From: a virus
Lineage: Duplodnaviria > Caudoviricetes
Direction: 5' to 3' (one strand)
Length of the DNA stretch: 64,000 nucleotides
Virus record (IMG/VR): IMGVR_UViG_3300014326_000001
Location: 1 to 64,000 of that record
The position numbers and the translations under genes are program-made. Each line of letters starts with the position of its first letter. Positions within the stretch are counted from its first letter, which is position 1. Below, piece by piece: positions 1 through 8,100 of the stretch. The notes below the pieces were generated by a model. It was not told where the DNA came from, ran no database searches, and saw nothing but the letters and a program-made list of their open reading frames with translations.

Positions 1-80
1 ATCGCGGCGTCAACATAACGCTTGATCGCGGCGTCAACATAACGCTTGATCGCGGCGTCAACATAACGCTTGATCGCGGC
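1..80. repeat. 24-bp tandem repeat ATCGCGGCGTCAACATAACGCTTG, 3 full copies plus 8 bp, cut by the window edge
   Basis: Exact copies at 1-24, 25-48 and 49-72, partial copy at 73-80. Confidence 0.97.
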
Positions 81-98
81 TATTTCGTTCTCGCTCAT
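1..98 (-). CDS. Partial ORF with IKRYVDAA octapeptide repeats
   Basis: ATG at 98 gives MSENEIAA(IKRYVDAA)n running off the window; ATGA-type overlap with a tiny upstream ORF. Confidence 0.5.
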   Translation of the reverse strand, partial: MSENEIAAIKRYVDAAIKRYVDAAIKRYVDAA

Positions 99-129
99 GC
101 TTGTTGTGCTTTCTTTGATAATTTAGTCA

Positions 130-243
130 TCACCATCCCATTCGCCGTGCAATCACGTTGTTTATTGCGATATTTGTCCACACAACGCCAATAATGACAC
201 CAACGATCAGCCCGACAACAGCGGCCACAATTATCCAAATCAT
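130..243 (-). CDS. 37-aa single-pass membrane protein
   Basis: Manual translation MIWIIVAAVVGLIVGVIIGVVWTNIAINNVIARRMGW; ATGA overlap with the stop of 240..791. Confidence 0.6.
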   Translation of the reverse strand: MIWIIVAAVVGLIVGVIIGVVWTNIAINNVIARRMGW

Positions 244-791
244 TTCAACGGCGCTCCTTTGACCGTATATGTCAAATTCCGCGTCTCCCGTCTCAATTCC
301 CAATCCCGACGCATCTTTTCAGCGCTCTTGAACTCCGGTAGCCCCTCCGTATACTCCCGCCGCGCCATCGAAAACGCCGCCAAAACGTAGTTCTCATGCA
401 AAAACGGACTCCCCGCCGCCACAAGGTTCAAAAACCCTTCCTTGAGCATGTCTCGGTCTCGCGGAACCGCAATTACCACCGTACTCTCAGCGTCCGGTAA
501 GTCCCCATCGTTCTCACTCGGCTCAATAGCATCAAAAGCCACAACCAAATCCGCGATGAAATCTCCCTGACTCTTTCCTTCCAGCTTCGCCAACTTCTTC
601 AACGTCTCAAATGCCGTCGTATCTATCACCGTCGATAACTGACTTTTCCCCTCCGCTAATTCAGGCATCTCTCTTGTTCTCCTTCTAGTTTTCTTGCTCT
701 TTCTAGAAACAAACTTTACCAAATCTAGTATTTTCTGTCTAGTAAAATCTTCTAGTACGCCCTTATTCGCAATTTCCCCAACAAAACTCAT
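240..791 (-). CDS. Putative ribbon-helix-helix (CopG-like) DNA-binding protein
   Basis: LSTVIDTTAFETLKKLAKLEGKSQGDFIADLV fits a beta-strand/helix/helix RHH pattern. Confidence 0.5.
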   Translation of the reverse strand: MSFVGEIANKGVLEDFTRQKILDLVKFVSRKSKKTRRRTREMPELAEGKSQLSTVIDTTAFETLKKLAKLEGKSQGDFIADLVVAFDAIEPSENDGDLPDAESTVVIAVPRDRDMLKEGFLNLVAAGSPFLHENYVLAAFSMARREYTEGLPEFKSAEKMRRDWELRRETRNLTYTVKGAPLK

Positions 792-1145
792 ACTAGTTTC
801 AATTTTATTTCACCTGAAGACCTCCCTTTTAAGACTGAACACGCTTTCAGGGAAGCAGTTAAAAATCACGGGGTTGCTTCTACTCGGCGTGCCCTTTATC
901 GCGGGATGCGGCATCCTTCCCGCCGCCCCAAGACACCCCTCCCGCCCCTTAACTTTAATTAAATCAACAGTTTAACTATACACCTACCTACTGTATGCAC
1001 ATGGTCTACGCGCACCACAACTAATGGGCTATGGTCTACCCATGCCAGTATCGAGCAAATGCGCTATATGTTGGGGTTGAGGGTCAGGAGCCTAGTGGTA
1101 GGACGTACACAGGTACACTACAGCTTGCGAGTAAGATAACACGTA

Positions 1146-1781
1146 TTACGTTCCGCTTGTGCCATCGGTGAGACTGTTCACGGTAACTGATTGAGTAGAT
1201 TGCACTTCCAGTCTCTTCTGTTCTGCCAACGCCATCATCTGACTCAGTAATTGCTCGGCCAGCTTCATTGCAGATGTGTCGTCTAAAGTGTTCTCAGTCA
1301 ACAATTTATCGTTTAATAGCCCGTGAACTCTAGCCAACTGCAACGTAGCGTCCTTGGCGTCGTGAATCTCCAGATCGGTGACATTTCCAGTCTCTTTATC
1401 GAACTTTAGCTTCTTGATTAAGGCGTCAGAACCGTTGTTTTTGGCTGTTTGCAGGTCAAAAGAGCCTGAATCATTGAGAACATCAGCAATTGAGGAGCGA
1501 GAATACATGGTCATTCTCTCAAGCACCTCTTGGGTGTCAGCAATTGGGTCACAGAGCCTTTTTATCTGTAATGATACGTAAGGATGCCTGATGAGATCGT
1601 AAGCTGTTGTAGAGAGAGTGTCGGCGTTCCCGGAATATCCAGCTTTCCTTGCTGCGTCGGCACCGTTACCTGACTGCAAGTAGTAGCGAATAAAGAGCTT
1701 TTGGCGGTGAGTTAGTCGTGGGGCAGTTTCAGGTGGAGGGATAGGCGCACTTGATACGAGTTCGGATTCTAGTGCAGCCAT
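1146..1781 (-). CDS. terS: Terminase small subunit
   Basis: N-terminal RLTHRQKLFIRYYLQSGNGADAARKAGYS is the typical Terminase_2 HTH motif. Confidence 0.85.
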   Translation of the reverse strand: MAALESELVSSAPIPPPETAPRLTHRQKLFIRYYLQSGNGADAARKAGYSGNADTLSTTAYDLIRHPYVSLQIKRLCDPIADTQEVLERMTMYSRSSIADVLNDSGSFDLQTAKNNGSDALIKKLKFDKETGNVTDLEIHDAKDATLQLARVHGLLNDKLLTENTLDDTSAMKLAEQLLSQMMALAEQKRLEVQSTQSVTVNSLTDGTSGT

Positions 1782-1815
1782 GAATCACGCTCCGAAATGT
1801 CGAATAAATGCATCG

Positions 1816-2424
1816 TTATTGAACATTAAATAATTGCCAGTGAGTTTTCCGGCTTCCTATGCGAGTCGCGTCGATGCTTTTTGAGATGAGCAGCCGATTG
1901 CCTTGGACGGTGTCACCCACTAGCGAGCCGTCAAGGTAGGTTACCCGCTTACCATCAAGCCACGCTTGGAGAGCGTCTGCGTCATCGTGTTCCCCGTCTC
2001 CGTAGAGAATGAATGTCTTTGCTTGGTTCGGCGCTCCGAATGCCTTAGATAGCCAGCTTGGAGTAAGTAGGGCTATTCCTGGCATGCCTTCGGATGGTTC
2101 TTTGCCCCAAATAAGTTGGTTTATCATCTCTTGCTCTGCTTCGGTCTTAACTCGCTCCATGTATTGCGGATCGCGCTTTACCATGTAGTCAAACAGCTTG
2201 TTAGCAACGTCTGCCGCGCCTTGATATTCTGGGGATGTGGCAATTATCTTCATTTGGTTTATCGCCCGATTGCTAATTGTCGTCGTTTCGGCAACGTCCA
2301 GCGAAAATACCAACTTACACCACGGGCGCGAAGGAACAAGAAACGCCATGAACTGCGCGACTTGTTCACTGGAAGTCGGAGGCCAGCAGAATCCGGCGAC
2401 GTTACCTCTCGGCAATATGAGCAA
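1816..2424 (-). CDS. Hypothetical protein (start uncertain)
   Basis: 202-aa ORF upstream of terS; contains GDGEHDDADALQAW, similar to the GDG..DD..AlQ motif that precedes beta-helix domains. Confidence 0.45.
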   Translation of the reverse strand: MLILPRGNVAGFCWPPTSSEQVAQFMAFLVPSRPWCKLVFSLDVAETTTISNRAINQMKIIATSPEYQGAADVANKLFDYMVKRDPQYMERVKTEAEQEMINQLIWGKEPSEGMPGIALLTPSWLSKAFGAPNQAKTFILYGDGEHDDADALQAWLDGKRVTYLDGSLVGDTVQGNRLLISKSIDATRIGSRKTHWQLFNVQ

Positions 2425-3048
2425 TTACAATCCTCGTGGCGTTCAAGCATGATCCACGATCCAAAGAATCTGCGATTTATAAACGTCTTGTCCATGTCTA
2501 GACTATCTTAACATGTCTTTCATTTGAAGAAAATCTTTTTGTGAACTGCGAACGATTAGCCACGGTCAGGGCAACCGCGAGCGTTGAGTGGCGAGCTATT
2601 CGCTCGCAAAGAATGAGACTTCGGCCATTCCCTCGTGGTGGTGGCTTAGGGTATTACCCTCTTCGCCATGCTTTCACTTTCCGAAGAACCTCGATATTAG
2701 CTTTTCAAGATTATGCAACGCTGGATGAGTTTTTCAGGTGAGAACTTGCGCCCTCATGCTTTTCAATTTGCACAGTGACCATCAACCTAATACTCAGACT
2801 TTAAGCCACGGCGACTTTTGTGACCTCGGCGTATGGCCGTAAAAGAACCGCTGTCGATTCAGTACAGGATCGAGCACCTGCCCGTTGCGAGGGAACCGTG
2901 GAGGCGCGACCCTCCAAGGGAGTCTGATTTAGTCAATAGTGCGCGTCAGCCCTAAACTGACTACCTGCCACTAGACCGCTTCTAGCACTATATGCCTTGA
3001 TTTCATGCTTTGGTTCACAAGGCAGTTCAAAGAACCCAGCAAACCGTG

Positions 3049-3610
3049 CTATGCTTTCCGTAGGTAGAACGGGAAAACCGTTGCACAGTCGCTTGCCGCG
3101 TTGCATGCGGTGACTAAGAGGCTAGCTTGAGAAATCGGGCTAGCCTTTTCTACTCCGGCAAAGATTCCATCCATGCCAAGAGTTAGAACTGGATGAATAA
3201 CTTTATCTTTGATTCCCAGCTTTGAAAGCACATCTGCTTCCTCATTCTGTTCACGGGGGAATCCACTCAAAATGTATTTCAGGAAGTCGAGCGCGATACT
3301 TACGCGCCAAGAGATAGTAAGGATAATAAAGAGCTTGCTTATTGAAGCTGTGGCCTTTGCCGTTCATTTGTCGGCAGACCATATTGGAATCACCGTAGAT
3401 CGTCGCTTTGGTTATCTTGCGCTGGATTAATTGGCGCATCACAACAATCGCTCCAGCGTATTCAGCCACGTTATTTGAGATTTGCGCTCCCTGTCCAATA
3501 TATCCATAACCTTCCCAGACTAATCGCCCATCAATCTTGATTAACGCTCCAAATCCACCGCGACCGCCCGGATTAGGCCATGCTGCTCCATCAAAATACG
3601 CTTCGATCAT
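3049..3610 (-). pseudogene. rnhA: Ribonuclease HI split by a +1 frameshift at a C5 run (3255-3259)
   Basis: YFDGA, NNVAEY and GDS catalytic motifs in 3251..3661. The conserved end W(I)PREQNEEAD continues in the 3049..3270 frame once one C is removed from ATT CCC CCG TGA. Confidence 0.85.
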
Positions 3611-3843
3611 CTGTCTCCCTGAAAAGAGAAAAGGTTCGCATGCAGTGTATTCAGCCACCACAAACGAACCTTAGAACTCCGGCGAGATATTCAGTTATCA
3701 ACGAGACGCCGCTGAATCGAACATCTCGCCTATCTACTTTTACAGAGCAAAGAGCTACGAACGGGAACATTCTAACCCAAGGCAATCTTTAACGCAATAC
3801 CTAATCAGGCGTACAAACGGCGAACGCTAACTCACGATGCCTA

Positions 3844-3872
3844 TTGACAGCGTACTACCATGCGAGTATATT
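3844..3872 (+). promoter_or_regulatory. Sigma70-type promoter P1 with internal palindrome
   Basis: TTGACA-17-TATATT; spacer holds GTACT-N8-AGTAT. Confidence 0.8.
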
Positions 3873-3910
3873 GACCTTGTTCGATTCTTGGTTGATAGGA
3901 GCAAAATCAC

Positions 3911-4459
3911 ATGGGAGTTGATTGTAGAATCTTTCTACCGCACACGGCGGGATTGCGAGACGTGGCCGATGTTATAGCCATTTTACTTGGCAAGAAAGCG
4001 GAGCTTGCGCCGTTAAGCGAAAACAGCGTTCATTGCAAGGTCGAGGGTGTCGAGGTTAAAAACGCCGCAGTTGCGACATGTGCTGAAATTAACATCACGG
4101 ACGCGGTTTGGGGCAGTGACGGAAAGCGCGGGGATCGCTGGTTTCTCTACCACTTTGAATTCAACGAAGGCCACACAGCGGACGGAGATTATCACACACG
4201 ATCAGGGCGCGGCATTCTCGCTCGTTGCACGTCCATCAATATCGCGATGGCCGTCGAATTAGTGAAGTTCTTTGGCGGTGAAGTGGACTTTAACGACGCG
4301 GACGCCACGGAAGTGGATTTCAAGTCTCCCGTGAAGAAAGACACGCTGGCATGTAACGGCAAAGGCTGGGAGAAGTTTCAACGCCGCATGTTCGCGGTGC
4401 AACCGTTAACAAAAGCCCAAGTCAAAAGTTACTTGAAGCATTCAGCCTACGGAGTCTAA
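3911..4459 (+). CDS. Hypothetical early protein
   Basis: 182-aa ORF with AGGAG RBS, directly after P1. Confidence 0.8.
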   Translation: MGVDCRIFLPHTAGLRDVADVIAILLGKKAELAPLSENSVHCKVEGVEVKNAAVATCAEINITDAVWGSDGKRGDRWFLYHFEFNEGHTADGDYHTRSGRGILARCTSINIAMAVELVKFFGGEVDFNDADATEVDFKSPVKKDTLACNGKGWEKFQRRMFAVQPLTKAQVKSYLKHSAYGV

Positions 4460-4461
4460 GC

Positions 4462-4617
4462 ATGAAAACGGCCAAAAGAGTCACGATTTATCACTGTAAA
4501 TGCGAGCGATGCGGCAAAGAATGGGACGCTCGCGTGGAGTCTCCCGCACGTTGCATCGGATGCAAGTCACAGTATTGGGACACCCCAAGGCGAACAAAAG
4601 GCGATCAGAAAGCATAG
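4462..4617 (+). CDS. 51-aa zinc-ribbon putative DNA-binding regulator
   Basis: Manual translation MKTAKRVTIYHCKCERCGKEWDARVESPARCIGCKSQYWDTPRR; CxxCGxxW...CxxCKSxYW pattern. Confidence 0.75.
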   Translation: MKTAKRVTIYHCKCERCGKEWDARVESPARCIGCKSQYWDTPRRTKGDQKA

Positions 4618-4624
4618 TTGCCTA

Positions 4625-4653
4625 TTGACAGAGTACTCGGAAGAGAGTATCTT
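4625..4653 (+). promoter_or_regulatory. Sigma70-type promoter P2, paralogue of P1
   Basis: TTGACA-17-TATCTT; shares TGCCTATTGACAGxGTACT-N8-AGTATxTTG with P1. Confidence 0.8.
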
Positions 4654-4724
4654 GTTCTTGTCAACAGGGACACAACCGAACTCAGACGGTTATCTGAGGG
4701 GAAACCAAATAGGAGATAAACATC

Positions 4725-5303
4725 ATGGGCGAATACGCAATCCGCAATTCAGACGATCAGGAAGTTAAAATCGGAACCTGCGAAGATATGTACTATCTAC
4801 GCTATGAAGACCGCGCCAAAGTTCGCAAGTTGTCAAACAGCCTCGACCCTTCCCACGAATTAAACCTGCGATTCCGCTTGCCTTTTGCCGATGAAGACAA
4901 CGTGCGGATCGGTGAATACGAAAACTACGACCGGGGCGAACGATTATACACCAAAGACGATACTTACGCGCTTGACTTGCGTGTCCCTGTTGACGATCCC
5001 GGCACTATCCAGATGCACCACGAATCGGGTGTTTTAATTAACATTCCTTGTCATCACGGTCGGAAGCTGCCAGAAGTAACGGGCGAAAATGGCGTTAAGG
5101 TTTTCTGGAATGGCAAGAGCTGGGCGTTAGAGATTTCCTCAATCAAAAACACCGAAGACGGTATCAAGCCTGTTATCCGCTGCCGCTTCTGCAAGCACGC
5201 TTGGAGAGCAGATTGGGCAGAGATATTCCCTTACGTTAACGGCGAGCTTCGCGCAAGGCTGAGAGAATACGCAGAAGCTGAAAGCAAGGAAATCGCAGCG
5301 TAA
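4725..5303 (+). CDS. Hypothetical early protein
   Basis: 192-aa ORF with AGGAG RBS after P2. Confidence 0.8.
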   Translation: MGEYAIRNSDDQEVKIGTCEDMYYLRYEDRAKVRKLSNSLDPSHELNLRFRLPFADEDNVRIGEYENYDRGERLYTKDDTYALDLRVPVDDPGTIQMHHESGVLINIPCHHGRKLPEVTGENGVKVFWNGKSWALEISSIKNTEDGIKPVIRCRFCKHAWRADWAEIFPYVNGELRARLREYAEAESKEIAA

Positions 5304-5413
5304 ACGACTTATGACCTGCTTCGGTCTCCGAAGTCGCAAGACTGGCAGCAATGCCGCCGAAGTGGGTCTCCCAAACTGTTCTTGATTGATAACCCCTTTA
5401 AGGAGTGAAGAAA

Positions 5414-5660
5414 ATGCTGAACACACAACTATTACCAAGACCATTTAGTTATGATCGGCCACGGGTTGAAGGCTATGAGCCGATGATTAAGGCTGAGATA
5501 AACCCGCGTTAGTCGCAGTCGGCGCACCGGATGGCGGTCTGAGATATTCGTTGGTGAGTGTCCAATGTCAATGGGTCATCACCCTACAAAGCATGCGGCT
5601 GAATCTGACGCCGAGGGAATGATCAAAGCCTACGCCGAAGCGCATTACTTTCAGGTTTAG
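5414..5660 (+). pseudogene. Small protein apparently split by a +1 frameshift near 5500-5505
   Basis: 33-codon ORF with AAGGAG RBS stops at TAG 5510-5512; the +1 frame stays open from 5502 to TAG 5658-5660 and reads as protein-like. Confidence 0.4.
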
Positions 5661-5706
5661 ACTTGCCCTTATCAATTTACCTACGTCAACTTAGAAGGAG
5701 AAAACC

Positions 5707-6132
5707 ATGAAGAATCAACAAGTTAAGGCTGCAAAGAACTCCTCTGTTCCACGTATCGAGTCTAAAGCCACTTGTGAGTTGAGTGCTGCTCCTATCGACG
5801 GCTATCCAACGCATCAATGGGAACCAAGCGGCGAAGACGATAACTGCTTTGTGTGCGGATCAGGCAGGGAAGACCACGCTCCGACGGGTAATGCGGTAAA
5901 CAGCACCGTGCTAACCCCAAGTTCTGAGATAAAACCCACTTCCATCTTGAGTGGATTCGATTCACCAGAAAAGGTGCTGAGGCTACAGTCTGCCGCTCCT
6001 GCTCTTTATGCCGCACTAAAGCATGTCGCCAACTGGCCGTGTGAGTGTCCTCCGGCTGAATGGGGCAAGCCTAACACGTGTCGCTCGTGCGTGGCGCAGA
6101 ACGCCTTAGCCCAAGCAGAGAAAACGTCCTAG
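5707..6132 (+). CDS. Hypothetical accessory protein with small His/Cys motif
   Basis: AAGGAG RBS; HQWEPSGEDDNCFVCGSGREDH and terminal CxC...CxxC. Confidence 0.7.
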   Translation: MKNQQVKAAKNSSVPRIESKATCELSAAPIDGYPTHQWEPSGEDDNCFVCGSGREDHAPTGNAVNSTVLTPSSEIKPTSILSGFDSPEKVLRLQSAAPALYAALKHVANWPCECPPAEWGKPNTCRSCVAQNALAQAEKTS

Positions 6133-6180
6133 AACTTAATTCTACGCTATTAAACCCCTATTCTGAAAGGATTTGAGACC

Positions 6181-6405
6181 ATGAATTCAAGTAATGAGAA
6201 CCAGAACCCCTCTCCCGTATCTTGTGAGGAACCTAGCGCCCGTCGAAGCGACGGTGCGAGTAGCTCGGATGCTTGCCCCGACTGTGGCCGCAAGAAGTTC
6301 CACGCGGAATGGTGCTCCGTTTACGAGCAAAAGGTAATGATTGCGGGGCTTGCCCACTCTCGGATAATGAAAGCCAAAATAACAAGCCTGAACGCAAATA
6401 GATAA
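6181..6405 (+). CDS. Small hypothetical protein
   Basis: 74 aa with CPDCG motif, in an operon-like string. Confidence 0.55.
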   Translation: MNSSNENQNPSPVSCEEPSARRSDGASSSDACPDCGRKKFHAEWCSVYEQKVMIAGLAHSRIMKAKITSLNANR

Positions 6406-6433
6406 TTCCCTAAATGAAAGAAAGGAATCAACA

Positions 6434-6622
6434 ATGGATTGGGAACATGTTTTGGACTGTAAAGGATACTGGGGCGACCGAGATAAATTTGCTGAATTCG
6501 CCCGTCAATCACATTACCGCTTCTTTAACTGGAACGGAGAAATCTATTTCCTCTCCGAGAACGGAACCTATGAAGAAACGGGATTGACTGTCGGCGAACA
6601 CATGAAACGAGGCAATGAATGA
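6434..6622 (+). CDS. Small hypothetical protein
   Basis: 62 aa, AAGGA RBS. Confidence 0.65.
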   Translation: MDWEHVLDCKGYWGDRDKFAEFARQSHYRFFNWNGEIYFLSENGTYEETGLTVGEHMKRGNE

Positions 6623-6719
6623 AATCCCCACTACTTAAAGCTGCTGCCTTGATCTTCTTTCTTTCCTTAGTTGGTTTTATTTTTTGTTATGGAATGTTAA
6701 ACGAATAAGGAAATGCTAC

Positions 6720-6781
6720 CAAGAACCTTGCTGCCCGATTCGGGCTAGGAATTGGCCGCCTTCGGCGAGCCGGAAAGTTGA
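6720..6781 (-). repeat. Dispersed structured element copy E5 (inverted)
   Basis: Minus strand TCAACTTTCCGGCTCGCCGAAGGCGGCCAATTCCTAGCCCGAATCGGGCAGCAAGGTT aligns with E1, E2, E6 and E8. Confidence 0.7.
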
Positions 6782-7058
6782 GTGACCCCCATGCGCTGAT
6801 GAACACTGTAAAGTCCTCAGAAGTCGCCTGTACGCTTGTTTTGTCTGCAAGTCGAAGCTATGCGGCATCTGCTCGGTAAAGAAGATTTACGGGCCATACA
6901 AAGGCAAGCGAGTGTGCTGCTACGTTGGGGACAAGCAATGCTCTAACGTTCCATTCCCCGCCAACACAAAAGCCGCCTGATTTCTCAAGCGGCCATGTGC
7001 AGGTTGTCATTTGAGTCACGTGGTTCAGGACGTGGGAATTCTACCCGAAAAAAACTAT

Positions 7059-7086
7059 TTGCACAAGCCCTGATTTGGTATATCAT
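7059..7086 (+). promoter_or_regulatory. Putative sigma70 promoter
   Basis: TTGCAC-16-TATCAT after an A-tract. Confidence 0.55.
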
Positions 7087-7466
7087 GTTCGCAAGGTTGT
7101 TATTTGAAACAGGATTTCCCTTCCATTGGAACCATCCACTCCCGAAGATAATCCATTAACCTTCGCGCTACGGCTAGCACCTGCTCGTATATGAAGCGCC
7201 TCGTCTAACTCCTAAACAAGAGCCAAGAGCCTAAAACTCAGACGACACGCCCTGTGCTGATTCGGTGGCGCGTAACAAATAGTCCAGCAGCGAATAATAA
7301 CTAGCTGCCCAACCAACGAATCAGATACCGAGCACGAAAGCGTGATGGCTGACGGGGCTGCCACGTAGCACGAGATAAGAGTCAATCTGTCAATTAAGAC
7401 GGCTAGCTCCTCGTGCGCTCGACTTCTAAAGCTGCCCCAAGCATGTTGAGTGATTACGGAGGTTGA

Positions 7467-7853
7467 GTGGCAAAGAAAAACGAATGTCCACGTTGTAACA
7501 ATGTAAGACCTAAAGAATGGTTTGGAGACCCTAAAGCACCTTACGCTATTTGCTTGAGTTGCAGGGTAGAAGTCAACGGTGAAAGAAAACAAGAGAAACA
7601 ACAAAAGCAAAGACTTAAATTTAGCCCGAACTGTGTCATTTGTGATGAACAAATTTTGGCCGGATTTGAGATTTGCGCAAATTGTCAGCGCGGGATTGAA
7701 TTGTTCAAAAACAGCACAAAGTTACTAGGTCGGGCGACTAGTTATGTTGGCCGGAATTTAAGAGGAAAGAAACGGAAGTTTAAGAAATTCAGGCCGCGAA
7801 ATAACAAGTTGCAGGAATTGATCAAAGCCCCAAAGGAAAGACCAACGGGATAA
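7467..7853 (+). CDS. Zinc-binding protein resembling endonuclease VII-type nucleases but lacking the DHxH catalytic segment
   Basis: CPRC...CLSC, then CVIC...CANCQRGIELFKNSTKLLGRATSYV; GGAGG RBS. Confidence 0.5.
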   Translation: MAKKNECPRCNNVRPKEWFGDPKAPYAICLSCRVEVNGERKQEKQQKQRLKFSPNCVICDEQILAGFEICANCQRGIELFKNSTKLLGRATSYVGRNLRGKKRKFKKFRPRNNKLQELIKAPKERPTG

Positions 7854-8021
7854 TTATTTGAGGTTTGACCACGCAATCAACAAGTGAAGCCGCGCAACGC
7901 AACCTGTCTTTTGTAACCCTGAACGCGGAAACCCTAGACGCTCTTTTCTTCATTAACTTTTCAGGTTTTGAGGTTCACTTAATGCAATTAACAGATAACT
8001 TCGCTTACACGAAATAGGGTA

Positions 8022-8050
8022 TTGACTTCGCGGTTACGAAAGATTATACT
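8022..8050 (+). promoter_or_regulatory. Sigma70-type promoter
   Basis: TTGACT-17-TATACT. Confidence 0.8.
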
Positions 8051-8100
8051 CGGCGCATCTTAGCTGGCGAGCTTAATACGCAACGGAGGGTTAATTCCAA

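Noticed and set aside
1-80. CRISPR mini-array
   Set aside because: The 24-bp units are contiguous with no spacers. The Cas4-like gene at 16672 sits in a normal phage recombination module
7212-7652. 146-aa minus-strand ORF
   Set aside because: It overlaps the better-supported 7467..7853 gene, has no RBS, and has shadow-like composition
7875-7940. Possible additional repeat copy TCAACAAGTGAAGCCGCG...
   Set aside because: Only the 5' end resembles E3; too degenerate to call without a profile model
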